Shown here piece by piece: positions 27,344 to 35,915 of a DNA stretch of 46,312 nt. The stretch lies in IMG/VR virus record IMGVR_UViG_3300024309_000080, positions 1-46,312 of that record, one strand, 5' to 3'. Position 1 is the stretch's first letter. Each line of letters begins with the position of its first letter. The notes under the pieces were generated by a model. That model had not been told where the DNA came from, searched no databases, and worked only from the letters and a program-made list of their open reading frames with translations. Origin of the DNA: a virus (lineage: Duplodnaviria > Caudoviricetes). Made by a program: the position numbers and the translations under genes.

Positions 27344-27615
27344 CTCGTCCTCGTTTTGCATTTCACGCAACGGAAGGGGCCGCTCGCCTTCGATACGGGA
27401 ACCCGAACTTTGCCTTTGTGGCCGCACCGACAAGCTATCGTCTTCGTGATCATGGTGTCCGACGACATCAATTTTGCAAGGTCGGTTCGCTGGGCCGCCT
27501 TTGACTTGCGCGGCTTCCTGAACTTGGGCGCGAGATCCGATCCGGAAACAGGCTCGTGACCGCGCGATGACATGTTGGCGGCGCGGCGCGCCTTATGGAA
27601 ATCAATCTTGCTCAT
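27340..27615 (-). CDS. small zinc-ribbon protein
   Basis: CRCGH..FRCVKC; ATGA-coupled. Confidence 0.65.
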   Translation of the reverse strand: MSKIDFHKARRAANMSSRGHEPVSGSDLAPKFRKPRKSKAAQRTDLAKLMSSDTMITKTIACRCGHKGKVRVPVSKASGPFRCVKCKTRTR

Positions 27616-27818
27616 TTGGAAACCGCGTCGCGACTGGCGATCCGATCGTTTATCCATTCGTCGATGTCGGCCTTGAGCCAGGCCTTTCGTGAATTGCGCG
27701 CTGGACCCAGCTTGATAGCCTTCGGGAAGTCGCCGGACTTGATGAGGCGGTTAAGGTGTTGGGTGCTGAAGGGAATCCCCATATCCTTCAGGTCTTCAAA
27801 GCTCACCAGTTGCATCAA
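27612..27818 (-). CDS. AlpA family regulator
   Basis: RLIKSGDFPKAIKLG..AWLKADIDEWI signature. Confidence 0.85.
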   Translation of the reverse strand: MMQLVSFEDLKDMGIPFSTQHLNRLIKSGDFPKAIKLGPARNSRKAWLKADIDEWINDRIASRDAVSK

Positions 27819-27872
27819 CTCGCCCTTTGCCGTTCATACTTGAAGCAACCATCAACCGAACGATACGAGAGT

Positions 27873-27883
27873 GCAAAGCACAG
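27873..27883 (-). promoter_or_regulatory. phage promoter motif (alpA module)
   Basis: TTGCAC-17 nt-GATGGT. Confidence 0.75.
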
Positions 27884-27892
27884 GATCGTGTG

Positions 27893-28183
27893 ATGACCGA
27901 GCCCTATCAGCCCCGCTATCAATGGAAGCGAACGCAACTCGATGAGAGCGATCCGCCGACGGATCTGGACTGGTGCGGGTTCGATGGTGTCGCCTATATC
28001 GGTCGGATCAGGAAAGACACGGCCGGCCCGACTGCAGGCAAATGGCAGTGGGCGGGGTCATATCCGCGGATGATGAGAGGCAAGAAGCCGGTTCCAAACA
28101 CTGGCTTTGTGGATACGGCGAGGATCGCGACGCAGATGGTGGAAGAGTTCTGGGATCTCTGCTTGACGAGGATGGACGGCTAG
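27893..28183 (+). CDS. hypothetical Trp-rich protein, opposite orientation to its neighbours
   Basis: YQWKRT..IGRIRK..GKWQWAG; fills the gap between minus-strand genes. Confidence 0.7.
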   Translation: MTEPYQPRYQWKRTQLDESDPPTDLDWCGFDGVAYIGRIRKDTAGPTAGKWQWAGSYPRMMRGKKPVPNTGFVDTARIATQMVEEFWDLCLTRMDG

Positions 28184-28671
28184 GCCTCAGCCCTTCCCTT
28201 GCGCGGCCGGCGCGGTAAGTCGACGAGGACAACCCCGCACTTCAGACCGCCGAGCCAAAGCGGGAATATCTCAGGCCCCATACCGCGCCCCTGGGGCCGG
28301 CCGAAGTTCTCCAGCTTCGAGGTGTATCCCTCCTGCATGCCGGAGCGCGCATCGAGCTCGATCGACGAGACCTTCAGTTCCTCCCGGCGCTTGATCAGCG
28401 CATCGACGAGCTGCTGATAGTCGGTGATGACGCCGGAGACCGGCTTTAGGCCGATGAGGCGGCCTTCGAGGTCAGGATCGAGCCCGCCGCTGGCCGCTTC
28501 CCATTTCGCGAGATCGTAATCGGACCAGTAATCGCGCTTGTTGAGCACCAGCGGGACCGGGAATGTGGGGTCGTTCTTGATCCAGTTGCGCAGGGTCCAC
28601 CGGCTGATGCCATAGCGGGCGCAAACCTCGGGCCTCGACAGGTATTTTTCGTTTTTGGTCCGCGTCGTCAT
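28180..28671 (-). CDS. two-domain DNA-binding protein (AlpA-like plus XRE-like HTH)
   Basis: YLSRPEVCARYGISRWTL..FPVP; second domain RREELKVSSIELDARSGMQEGYTSKLE. Confidence 0.7.
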   Translation of the reverse strand: MTTRTKNEKYLSRPEVCARYGISRWTLRNWIKNDPTFPVPLVLNKRDYWSDYDLAKWEAASGGLDPDLEGRLIGLKPVSGVITDYQQLVDALIKRREELKVSSIELDARSGMQEGYTSKLENFGRPQGRGMGPEIFPLWLGGLKCGVVLVDLPRRPRKGRAEA

Positions 28672-28706
28672 GGTGAAAACCGTAGAATTGCGTTGAAAGG
28701 TGGTGC

Positions 28707-29258
28707 TTACCAAGGGATGTCATCGGCGCTTGTGGGCGCCGGCGGCGCGGTATTGATCGAGCCCGGCGGCCCGTAGATCTCGCCGGTGATCGAGATGAAC
28801 GCCGATCCGGTCGGGCATTCCCGCAACTTGGTGACGGATACCGCGTGGGTGATGCCAGCATGCAGCAGCGCCCGCCGCTCTTCCGCCATCCGTCCCCGGG
28901 CTTCCGATTGGCGCTCGTGCAGCAGCTTCGGACGCACGCCGACGGGGCGCCGGTCCTCAAGCTGCATGCGCTCCTGCGCCAGTTCGATCTGCCTCTGCAC
29001 GAACGCCATCTCGTCACGGATCGCCGCTGAAAGCTCCGCTGGCGACGGAGCGAATGATTTCGAGAGCTTGTCCAGCTCGCCGCGGATCAACTTCACCACC
29101 ACCGTCTCGATCGCGTGTTTCGTCGCCTTGTGGCAGGCGATCAGGTACGATTCCTCGAGCTCCGCCGGGCTCGCCTTGCGGGGCGGCAGGGCGCGGAAGA
29201 GCTTGGCGAGCGCCGTCGAAATCTCCGCCGTTGTGGCTTCCCTCAATCGTGCGTCCAT
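28707..29258 (-). CDS. replication-associated protein (helicase loader-like position)
   Basis: follows the initiator gene; FAPSPAEL motif. Confidence 0.55.
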   Translation of the reverse strand: MDARLREATTAEISTALAKLFRALPPRKASPAELEESYLIACHKATKHAIETVVVKLIRGELDKLSKSFAPSPAELSAAIRDEMAFVQRQIELAQERMQLEDRRPVGVRPKLLHERQSEARGRMAEERRALLHAGITHAVSVTKLRECPTGSAFISITGEIYGPPGSINTAPPAPTSADDIPW

Positions 29259-30009
29259 CGTCGTAATCCCTGAATTCTCTGGCTCTGGCGTTGAAAAGAT
29301 CGGCAAGGTCCGGCTCGCGGTGCGGCGGGCCGCGCTGGACGGTCGCCGGCATGTCGGCCCATCGGTCCTGGTTCAGCCACGTCGACGGATTGCACCACGG
29401 CCGATCATCGGTTTTGGCGACGTAGCGCCGAAGACCGGTGATGATGGCGTCGAGGTCGGCACGTGATCGAGCCTTGACGAATGCCTTCAGACCGTCCGGC
29501 TTGCCAACCTTGTTCGGATAGAGAGGCCAGAAGTCGCGATCGAACTCAGCCTTGAGCCGGTCAGCATTTGCGCGCGTGTTCTCTTCCGAACGAAGTGAGG
29601 AAGACTCTCTGGTTATGGTATCTGGAAGATGCTGTGGCTCAGGCATAGCATTTGCTACACGCGCTTCCTTGTCTTTCAATGCTTTAGCGCGTCCACCCTC
29701 TGCCCCTGCGGAAGCTCTCGATTGCGATTTACTCTCGCTTTTTTGGAGCTCTTTCGTCAGTCGATTGTGCCGGATGAAGTCGCCGTCGACCTCGAAGAAG
29801 GCCAGGAGATCATCGGAAATAGCCTTCCACTTCTTGACCGAAAGACGTGCGACGCGGGCGAGCTTGGCGGCATCGGCCGGCAGCTTTCCGCCAGCGTTCC
29901 ACATCGCCATCAGCAGAAGCATGTAGGCGCCGATCTGCTCGGTGGAGAGCGACAGCGTGTCCCCGATGAAATCGGACACGTAGAGCTGCATGAAGGGGCG
30001 CTCGCTCAT
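29014..30009 (-). CDS. replication initiator, YdaU/DUF1376 family
   Basis: PFMQLYVSDFIGDT..EQIGAYMLLL; FWPLYPNKVGK..NPSTWLNQDRW. Confidence 0.85.
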   Translation of the reverse strand: MSERPFMQLYVSDFIGDTLSLSTEQIGAYMLLLMAMWNAGGKLPADAAKLARVARLSVKKWKAISDDLLAFFEVDGDFIRHNRLTKELQKSESKSQSRASAGAEGGRAKALKDKEARVANAMPEPQHLPDTITRESSSLRSEENTRANADRLKAEFDRDFWPLYPNKVGKPDGLKAFVKARSRADLDAIITGLRRYVAKTDDRPWCNPSTWLNQDRWADMPATVQRGPPHREPDLADLFNARAREFRDYDDGRTIEGSHNGGDFDGARQALPRPAAPQGEPGGARGIVPDRLPQGDETRDRDGGGEVDPRRAGQALEIIRSVASGAFSGDP

Positions 30010-30662
30010 TCAGCGGCCTCCAGTGCGTCGGCGCGCCGCGAGGAGAGAGCCATAGATATCAGCAGGTCTCTGAAAGGTGTCGGGGTACCAATACGCGGAG
30101 AGCTGTCTGTTCCACCGCCGCGAGCACCAACCTCTCCCAGGCGCTTCGCGCGCTGTAGCCCCATTCGAGCGACAACCGATGGATCGAACTGCGCCTCGCT
30201 GTAGCCCCATTCGAGCGACGGCAGGTTATCGACACCGAAGACATAGAGAAGCGTTGGCTTGCGGGCATAGTGGCCGTATCGGCCTTGCTCGACACAACAG
30301 GTCCAGCCACCGAGAAAATCGGCCATGATCCAGCCACCAGAGCGCTCCGGCGTTGTCAGGCCAAAATGCGGCCAAGCCAGAGAGCCCCACGGGTGTTCGA
30401 TTACGCCGCCGTACGTTCGCACCGCGTCCAATGCAGCGGCGAAGCAACCGCCGTCGTCTCCGAGCTTCTTACGCTCTCCGGTCAGCTTCACGGTCAACGG
30501 CTGTCCGAACCACATCTTTCCCCATCGCTGACAAGGCGGGTGGGCGACGACGGGCCACGGCCCGGCATATTTCCGGGCATCCCGTTCCTCATCCCAAGGA
30601 TCGACGCCGTGCAGGCCGTAGTAGCTACCGTTCTTCTGGACGTAGAGCGCCGCGATCATCAC
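30006..30662 (-). CDS. DNA cytosine methyltransferase-like protein
   Basis: VVAHPPCQ (PC motif), VIEHP, YGH.ARKPT motifs. Confidence 0.55.
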   Translation of the reverse strand: MMIAALYVQKNGSYYGLHGVDPWDEERDARKYAGPWPVVAHPPCQRWGKMWFGQPLTVKLTGERKKLGDDGGCFAAALDAVRTYGGVIEHPWGSLAWPHFGLTTPERSGGWIMADFLGGWTCCVEQGRYGHYARKPTLLYVFGVDNLPSLEWGYSEAQFDPSVVARMGLQRAKRLGEVGARGGGTDSSPRIGTPTPFRDLLISMALSSRRADALEAAE

Positions 30663-31084
30663 GCATCCTCCAGCCGCCGGCGGTCGCGGCTACGGTCGCG
30701 CGCCTTATTCCGCCGGTTTGCTTTCTGGATCTCGCGGCGCATCGACATGCGGCCCTTGACCTTCATCTTCTTGCCCTGTCCGATCTTCTCGTCGCGCATG
30801 CGCTCGGTGACGATGGTCACGAGCTTGCCGGACCGGATGACGTAGGCGAATCCCTCGTACCGCACGATGACCTGCCGGAAGCCGGCGAGGATCGCCATCA
30901 TGACGGGGCGGCTGAGAATGCTCTGACGGACGGCCGCCACCGGCAGCCCGGCACGCTCGCAGCACAGGACCGCGCGTTGATGCTCGTCGAGGTGATCGGC
31001 ACCAGCGAGCCATTCCGCCACCGGCAGGCCGAGCACGCGTTCGAGGTATCGGATGACTGCATGGCAGGAGACCGATTCAAGCAT
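30659..31084 (-). CDS. hypothetical protein
   Basis: SCHAVIRYLERV motif common in phage ORFs; GGAGG upstream. Confidence 0.65.
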   Translation of the reverse strand: MLESVSCHAVIRYLERVLGLPVAEWLAGADHLDEHQRAVLCCERAGLPVAAVRQSILSRPVMMAILAGFRQVIVRYEGFAYVIRSGKLVTIVTERMRDEKIGQGKKMKVKGRMSMRREIQKANRRNKARDRSRDRRRLEDA

Positions 31085-31571
31085 CGACCAGCCTCCGTCC
31101 GTAGCACAACCCAAGACCGGATTTGTCGGCGCGCGCCAGTGCTCCAACGGCTCGCCCACCCGCCGCGACAAGAACCGTGCCGGTCGATGGAGAATCCCCG
31201 GTGGTTCCGTCCGGCCTGATGAAGCGAACCTTCCCGTCGATGAACAGCAGACCGTCGGCACGCCGCGCCATCTCTTGCCACCACGGCGCTGACGTGCGGT
31301 CAGGAACCAACGCGATACCATCACCATGCTGGAAGAACTTGTCGAGCCAAGGTGTCAGACCGTTCCGGCCACCAAACGGCGGGTTCATCCAGACAAAGCC
31401 ATTCCACGCGCGTTCGAGGCTACGGTCATAGAGCCAGCCAAGGCACGGCACATGAAGCGGGCCTTCGAAAGGCGCGGAAACGTCAAGGTCGAACGTCTCG
31501 CCGAGCGCGTCGAAGATATACTTCGGCGTCCACCAATCGTTGGATTTGCCGGAGGCTTCCCAATGGCTCAT
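31077..31571 (-). CDS. phage DNA N6-adenine methyltransferase
   Basis: WWTP..FDLD..VWMNPPF..LVPDRTSAPW motifs. Confidence 0.82.
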   Translation of the reverse strand: MSHWEASGKSNDWWTPKYIFDALGETFDLDVSAPFEGPLHVPCLGWLYDRSLERAWNGFVWMNPPFGGRNGLTPWLDKFFQHGDGIALVPDRTSAPWWQEMARRADGLLFIDGKVRFIRPDGTTGDSPSTGTVLVAAGGRAVGALARADKSGLGLCYGRRLVDA

Positions 31572-32089
31572 GCCGGCACCTCCCGCCCGATGAAGCGCGG
31601 GCCGCCGGTGTGCTGCGCGTGGAAGCGATGCCAAGCGGCGTTTTCCTTGCCGGTCATCTTCGTGCCGGGCATCCACTTCAGGCGGCCGACGGAAACGATG
31701 TGGCTGCACTGATCGATGTAGGGGCCGGATTGCTTGGTGTGGCTCCAGTCTGCGTCAAAGAGCAGCCATGTGGGCGCCATCGCCTGGAAGCGCAGGATCA
31801 TCGCGTGCATGATGTCGCGACGCCACGGCGGGTTCGTGATGATCGCGTCGAAGACCGCTTCCTCGTCGAAGGGATGGACGAGCGCGTCGAGGCCTGTCTC
31901 GATGTCACCCTCATAGGCGCAGACGAGCCCGGCGGACTGCAACTGGCCGACAAGGTAGCCCTCGCCCGCACACGGCTCGGCAAAGGTGCGGATGCCGCGA
32001 AGGTGTTGAAGCAGGGTTTCGACGGCGCGCGGATCGATGGTCTGGTAGGCGTCGCGGTCGATGCGGGGGAATGACGATCGCTTGCCCAT
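31568..32089 (-). CDS. amino (N6A/N4C) DNA methyltransferase-like protein
   Basis: EPCAGEG SAM-binding motif and IITNPPW catalytic motif. Confidence 0.8.
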   Translation of the reverse strand: MGKRSSFPRIDRDAYQTIDPRAVETLLQHLRGIRTFAEPCAGEGYLVGQLQSAGLVCAYEGDIETGLDALVHPFDEEAVFDAIITNPPWRRDIMHAMILRFQAMAPTWLLFDADWSHTKQSGPYIDQCSHIVSVGRLKWMPGTKMTGKENAAWHRFHAQHTGGPRFIGREVPA

Positions 32090-32262
32090 CACTTCACCCC
32101 GCCGCGCAAGATGTAGAAGAAGCAAACAGCGTGAATGAGAATGCTCACCCACCAGAATGCCGTAGCGGCCGGCTCTGTCGCTTCACTGGCATACCCGAAG
32201 GATCGAATAGCGGCGGTGATGATCAGACCGCAAACGTAACCACGACCGGTGATCCTATCCAT
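32089..32262 (-). CDS. small two-TM membrane protein (57 aa, not in ORF track)
   Basis: MDRITGRGYVCGLIITAA..FWWVSILIHAVCFFYIL; TGATG-coupled at both ends. Confidence 0.6.
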   Translation of the reverse strand: MDRITGRGYVCGLIITAAIRSFGYASEATEPAATAFWWVSILIHAVCFFYILRGGVK

Positions 32263-32804
32263 CACGCCGCCCTCTTCTTCGAGAGCCGGACCTCGCGCGG
32301 GATATAGGCGACGCGGGCGTGATAGGTGCAGTAGCTGCCGCCCTGCTCGACGTTGTGGCCGCAGAATAGCGTGCCGGCCTTCTCGCCGCTGACCGGGAAG
32401 CGGCAGTCGTTGGCGCCGAGGTCCATCAAAGAGAAGTTCAGGGCGGCGGGGCGGGCAATGCTGGCGACGACCGGCGACGGCGGGGTGGCGCGCGCTTCGA
32501 TCTCGGCGAGCTTTTTCGCACGCTCCAGCGCAGCAGCCTTCCGGCGCTCCTCCCGCATCGCGCGGTCTCGGTCGATCTGATCACGTTTTGCCGCCCGCTT
32601 CTTGTCATCCGCGCGCTGCTTTATCTTCGAGGCGATCTCGTGCCCGACGTCATGGCAGAGGTTCAGCCGGTGCACCTTGCCGATGACGGCGTTGCGGCTC
32701 ACGCCGCCGAGGATTTTGGCGATCTGCCCCGCGCTCATGCCGTCGCGCCAGAGTTCGGTAAGGCGCTCGATGCGCGCGTCGGTCCATGTGGGGTTGATGT
32801 TCAC
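32262..32804 (-). CDS. gcrA: GcrA family regulator
   Basis: WTDARIERLTELWRDGMSAGQIA..SRNAVIGKVHRL and CRFP..FCG..YCTYH. Confidence 0.88.
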   Translation of the reverse strand: MNINPTWTDARIERLTELWRDGMSAGQIAKILGGVSRNAVIGKVHRLNLCHDVGHEIASKIKQRADDKKRAAKRDQIDRDRAMREERRKAAALERAKKLAEIEARATPPSPVVASIARPAALNFSLMDLGANDCRFPVSGEKAGTLFCGHNVEQGGSYCTYHARVAYIPREVRLSKKRAA

Positions 32805-32811
32805 GGTGCCC

Positions 32812-33258
32812 TCAGAATTCGATTGCAGGCGCGGGCACGCCGGCGAGGCTGATAACCTCGACGACGAGACCGGCCTTCGGCCCAAGCAATTTCCAACAAG
32901 AGGAGAACGAGACCTGCGCATCGTCGACGTAGGCGATGGTGTTGAGCGCGTCCTTCACGATCTTGGTGATGTTGTCGCTGTCTGGCTTCGTCGTCTTCCA
33001 GGCACCGTCGGCGGCAGCGAGACGCGCCTTCGTGGTTGCCTTCGGCCAGAGGTAGACGGCAGCGATCTTCAACTGCAGCGGCCCCTGCATGGGGCCGGAA
33101 AAGCGTTTCATCTGCTCATGAGCTTCGGCGCGGATCATGCCCATGTAATTCCGCTGCCGCGCAGGCGTGAACTTCGCGACGGTCTTCCCACCGCCAGCGC
33201 GAGCCCACGGCACGACATCGCCGGGAATGATGAACCTGATCCGCGCCGACATCGGCAT
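32812..33258 (-). CDS. rusA: RusA family Holliday junction resolvase
   Basis: KPDSDNITKIVKDALN..YVDDAQV signature. Confidence 0.9.
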   Translation of the reverse strand: MPMSARIRFIIPGDVVPWARAGGGKTVAKFTPARQRNYMGMIRAEAHEQMKRFSGPMQGPLQLKIAAVYLWPKATTKARLAAADGAWKTTKPDSDNITKIVKDALNTIAYVDDAQVSFSSCWKLLGPKAGLVVEVISLAGVPAPAIEF

Positions 33259-33761
33259 TACTCCGCCGCTTCGGCGACAGGTGCGGAGCCGGGATCCGGC
33301 AAGTCGGCCGTGTCCGCGTCGGCCTCGCCGTCGCCTTCACCGTCTTCGTCGTCGATGGGAAGGTCCGGCTGATCAGGTTCGCCCTTGGCTTCGTCGCGCT
33401 GGCCGAAGTAATCGGCCGGCGACACGAAGATGAGCATGGCAGCGCGGCCGCGATTGTCGGCCAGCTGCTCGATGTTCGGCGTCGTGACGTTGCCGATGAC
33501 TTCCATCTTGATCTTGTCGGCGACCGTGAACTTCGCGACATTGACCTCGATCACGTCGCGCTGGTCGGCGGCGATCATATGCACGGCGCGGCGCACGATA
33601 TCCGTGGCGGCCTTCTCCATCGCATAGATCTTGTCGTTCTGAAGCCGCTCGCTCATCTTCGACCACGGCGTTTCCATGCTGCGGATGTGGGTGAGTAAGA
33701 CGTCGCGCAGATCACCCGAAAGGGTTTCCGACGCGAGCTCTATTGTCGACTGCTCTGCCAT
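33258..33761 (-). CDS. hypothetical phage protein with acidic tail
   Basis: AGGAG upstream; coupled to rusA. Confidence 0.75.
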   Translation of the reverse strand: MAEQSTIELASETLSGDLRDVLLTHIRSMETPWSKMSERLQNDKIYAMEKAATDIVRRAVHMIAADQRDVIEVNVAKFTVADKIKMEVIGNVTTPNIEQLADNRGRAAMLIFVSPADYFGQRDEAKGEPDQPDLPIDDEDGEGDGEADADTADLPDPGSAPVAEAAE

Positions 33762-33961
33762 TTTCCATCGCTCCTGAAGCGCCTCGAAGGGTTGGGAACG
33801 TCCGGGCGCGTGAAGCGCACCGCGCCGGGCTGGTGTTCGATGGTGTTCTGGGCGTCGATATCGATCTGGGCTTCGACGACGCCGCAGTCCGCGCAGATCA
33901 GTCCGGCGTTGAGCACGGTATTGCAGTGCGGGCAGACGGGGAGGCGGACGACGGCGTTCAT
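33740..33961 (-). CDS. small zinc-finger protein
   Basis: CPHC..CADC. Confidence 0.55.
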   Translation of the reverse strand: MNAVVRLPVCPHCNTVLNAGLICADCGVVEAQIDIDAQNTIEHQPGAVRFTRPDVPNPSRRFRSDGKWQSSRQ

Positions 33962-34171
33962 CGCGCACCGCCGTTCAGCAGCGCGACGAACATCAGACCG
34001 AGAGACGCGGAGAAGATGATGGCCGCGAGCGCGCCGAGGGCAGCAATCATCGCTTCGACCTCCTGCGCGCGCGTGCCTTCAGAACCTCGATTGCGGTGTC
34101 CTTGCACCAGACCGAGGCGACGTAGAGAGCCGACGAGGCTTGAAGGAGACGATCAGCGATCCATGCGAGCA

Positions 34172-34549
34172 TCACTTCATCCCCTTTTTGAGCTTGTCGA
34201 GCTGGTCGCGATGCCAGTCGAGCCGGGCTTCGAGTTCGGCGATGTGGACGCCCCGCTCGAAGTCCTTCCACCAGCGCGTGCCCGAGCCTTCCATGATCGA
34301 TTGCAGCAGTTCGAACCCGGCGTCGGAGCGCAGCAGGTTCACCAGCGCGTCGGCGCCGGGCTCGGTCCGACCTTCCAGCCAGAGCTTGGCGGCGCGCTCG
34401 GATATCTGCGCCCGACTGGCGAGGTTCACCGCCGTCTTGGACGGCCAGAGACGACGCGCGAGGCCGCAAACGGCGTCAACAAGGGGAATCCTCTTGCCGT
34501 GCTTCGTGAATCCCGAGTCCGCGAAGAAAGACGATTGTGCGGACATCAA
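34172..34549 (-). CDS. CII-like HTH protein
   Basis: HTH-like segment; directly downstream of cro. Confidence 0.55.
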   Translation of the reverse strand: MMSAQSSFFADSGFTKHGKRIPLVDAVCGLARRLWPSKTAVNLASRAQISERAAKLWLEGRTEPGADALVNLLRSDAGFELLQSIMEGSGTRWWKDFERGVHIAELEARLDWHRDQLDKLKKGMK

Positions 34550-34767
34550 GCCACCTCGGCGGGCGAGGGGTAAATGTCGGGGCGGATCTCATGTCGCGGA
34601 ATACCGGTGACACTCTCCACGTCGAGAACACGCTTATAGGGCACCCTTCCACGGGTGCGCCAATTGGCAATGATGCTGGGATTAGTAAGGCCCAATGCCT
34701 CGGTGGCTTTTGTCAGCCCACCCAGCTCATCAACGATACGTTCGATCAGATTAGCCGCAGTTTCCAT
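34546..34767 (-). CDS. Cro/YdaS-like repressor
   Basis: LGGLTKATEALG..NWR..VP..TGIPRHEIRPDIY; divergent from the cI-like gene. Confidence 0.85.
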   Translation of the reverse strand: METAANLIERIVDELGGLTKATEALGLTNPSIIANWRTRGRVPYKRVLDVESVTGIPRHEIRPDIYPSPAEVA

Positions 34768-34778
34768 ACTGCGAATTA

Positions 34779-34835
34779 TCACACAGCGTGAAGTTTTTTC
34801 AAGCCGTCAGATGAGAATTCTTTTCACCGCGTGAA
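34779..34835. promoter_or_regulatory. operator region between cro and cI
   Basis: TCAC-N5-GTGA at 34779-34791 within TTGAAA-16 nt-GATAAT (minus strand); TTCAC-N3-GTGAA at 34823-34835. Confidence 0.7.
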
Positions 34836-34851
34836 TATGGGAAAAAGATGC

Positions 34852-35148
34852 ATGGCAGATGGTGGACGTTCCAACTCAGATATCGCAATGCGCTTGAGCG
34901 CCCTTATGGTGGCAATCGAGTGCAAGACCCAATCCGAGTTCGCCTCGCGGCTCGACATCAATCAGCCAACGCTCAATAATTATCTCAAAGGCCATCGCCG
35001 TCCCGATCTCGACACGGCGATTAAGATCCAGGTCAAAACCGGCGCTACTCTCGATTGGATTTATCTTGGGGATCGTTCGGGGCTTCCGGTACGACTCGCA
35101 ACCGCCCTGCCGGACCTTTCTGATCGCTCTGCTGAAAAGGCAGGATAG
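34852..35148 (+). CDS. cI-like XRE repressor (HTH only)
   Basis: TQSEFASRLDINQPTLNNYLKG.RRP..TLDWIYLG. Confidence 0.85.
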   Translation: MADGGRSNSDIAMRLSALMVAIECKTQSEFASRLDINQPTLNNYLKGHRRPDLDTAIKIQVKTGATLDWIYLGDRSGLPVRLATALPDLSDRSAEKAG

Positions 35149-35317
35149 CCCCGGTCTTCATGACCGCTTCCCAGTCCTCCCCGAGACAGAAGATAATCTG
35201 TCGAACATACTGCAGGACCAGCAATGCCTCCCGCTTATCTTCGGGGAGCTGGGTGTAGATTTGGCACGCCATCCGCTTGATGTGCGGATCGATTTGCATC
35301 TTGAAGTTTTCAGCCAT
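35045..35317 (-). CDS. hypothetical protein convergent with and overlapping cI
   Basis: GGAG upstream; helical core QIYTQLPEDKREALLVL. Confidence 0.55.
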   Translation of the reverse strand: MAENFKMQIDPHIKRMACQIYTQLPEDKREALLVLQYVRQIIFCLGEDWEAVMKTGAILPFQQSDQKGPAGRLRVVPEAPNDPQDKSNRE

Positions 35318-35461
35318 GCCAATCTCCATACGCCAGAAAGGCAGAACATGACTCAAAAATTAGAACGAAACAAGAACAATGTTGAACTGGCCCAGACACG
35401 GATTGACGCCCACAACATCTTGTGCTTGCTCAGTCAATGAGTCGCTACTCCGGGGGGAACA

Positions 35462-35902
35462 ATGAGCAGCATAGAGGATCGCGCACACGTTGGGCCGGTC
35501 GGGATTGGCGGATGGCTCATCATACCGGCAATCATCTGCGTCGTAGCGCCACTGACCTTGTGCTATGGCGGATTCGAAAGCTTCCTATTTGCCGACCGTG
35601 TCCCGTCAAAAGTGAGAAGCGCCGTCTATCTTGATGGCATGCTGGCGTTCATCATAGCCGGACTGTGGTGCCTCTGTGGATACCTGATGCTTGCACACCA
35701 TCAGCGCTTTCCGCGCCTCTTTGTGGCACTCCTCTTGGCCGGCATAGGCAAGGTTCTGCTGGGCACATTTTTACTCGCATCTCATGGTGTCAACGTCGCC
35801 CCGCTTGGCGCAGATTTTGCTCGATCTTTCGTACCGGCAGTGATTTGGATTCCCTATATGATCCGGTCAAAGCGAGTAGCAGCTACCTTCAATCAGGGAT
35901 GA
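35462..35902 (+). CDS. four-TM membrane protein (DUF2569-like)
   Basis: GIGGWL..WIPYMIRSKRVAATF signature. Confidence 0.75.
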   Translation: MSSIEDRAHVGPVGIGGWLIIPAIICVVAPLTLCYGGFESFLFADRVPSKVRSAVYLDGMLAFIIAGLWCLCGYLMLAHHQRFPRLFVALLLAGIGKVLLGTFLLASHGVNVAPLGADFARSFVPAVIWIPYMIRSKRVAATFNQG

Positions 35903-35915
35903 CTGCCGAACACAT

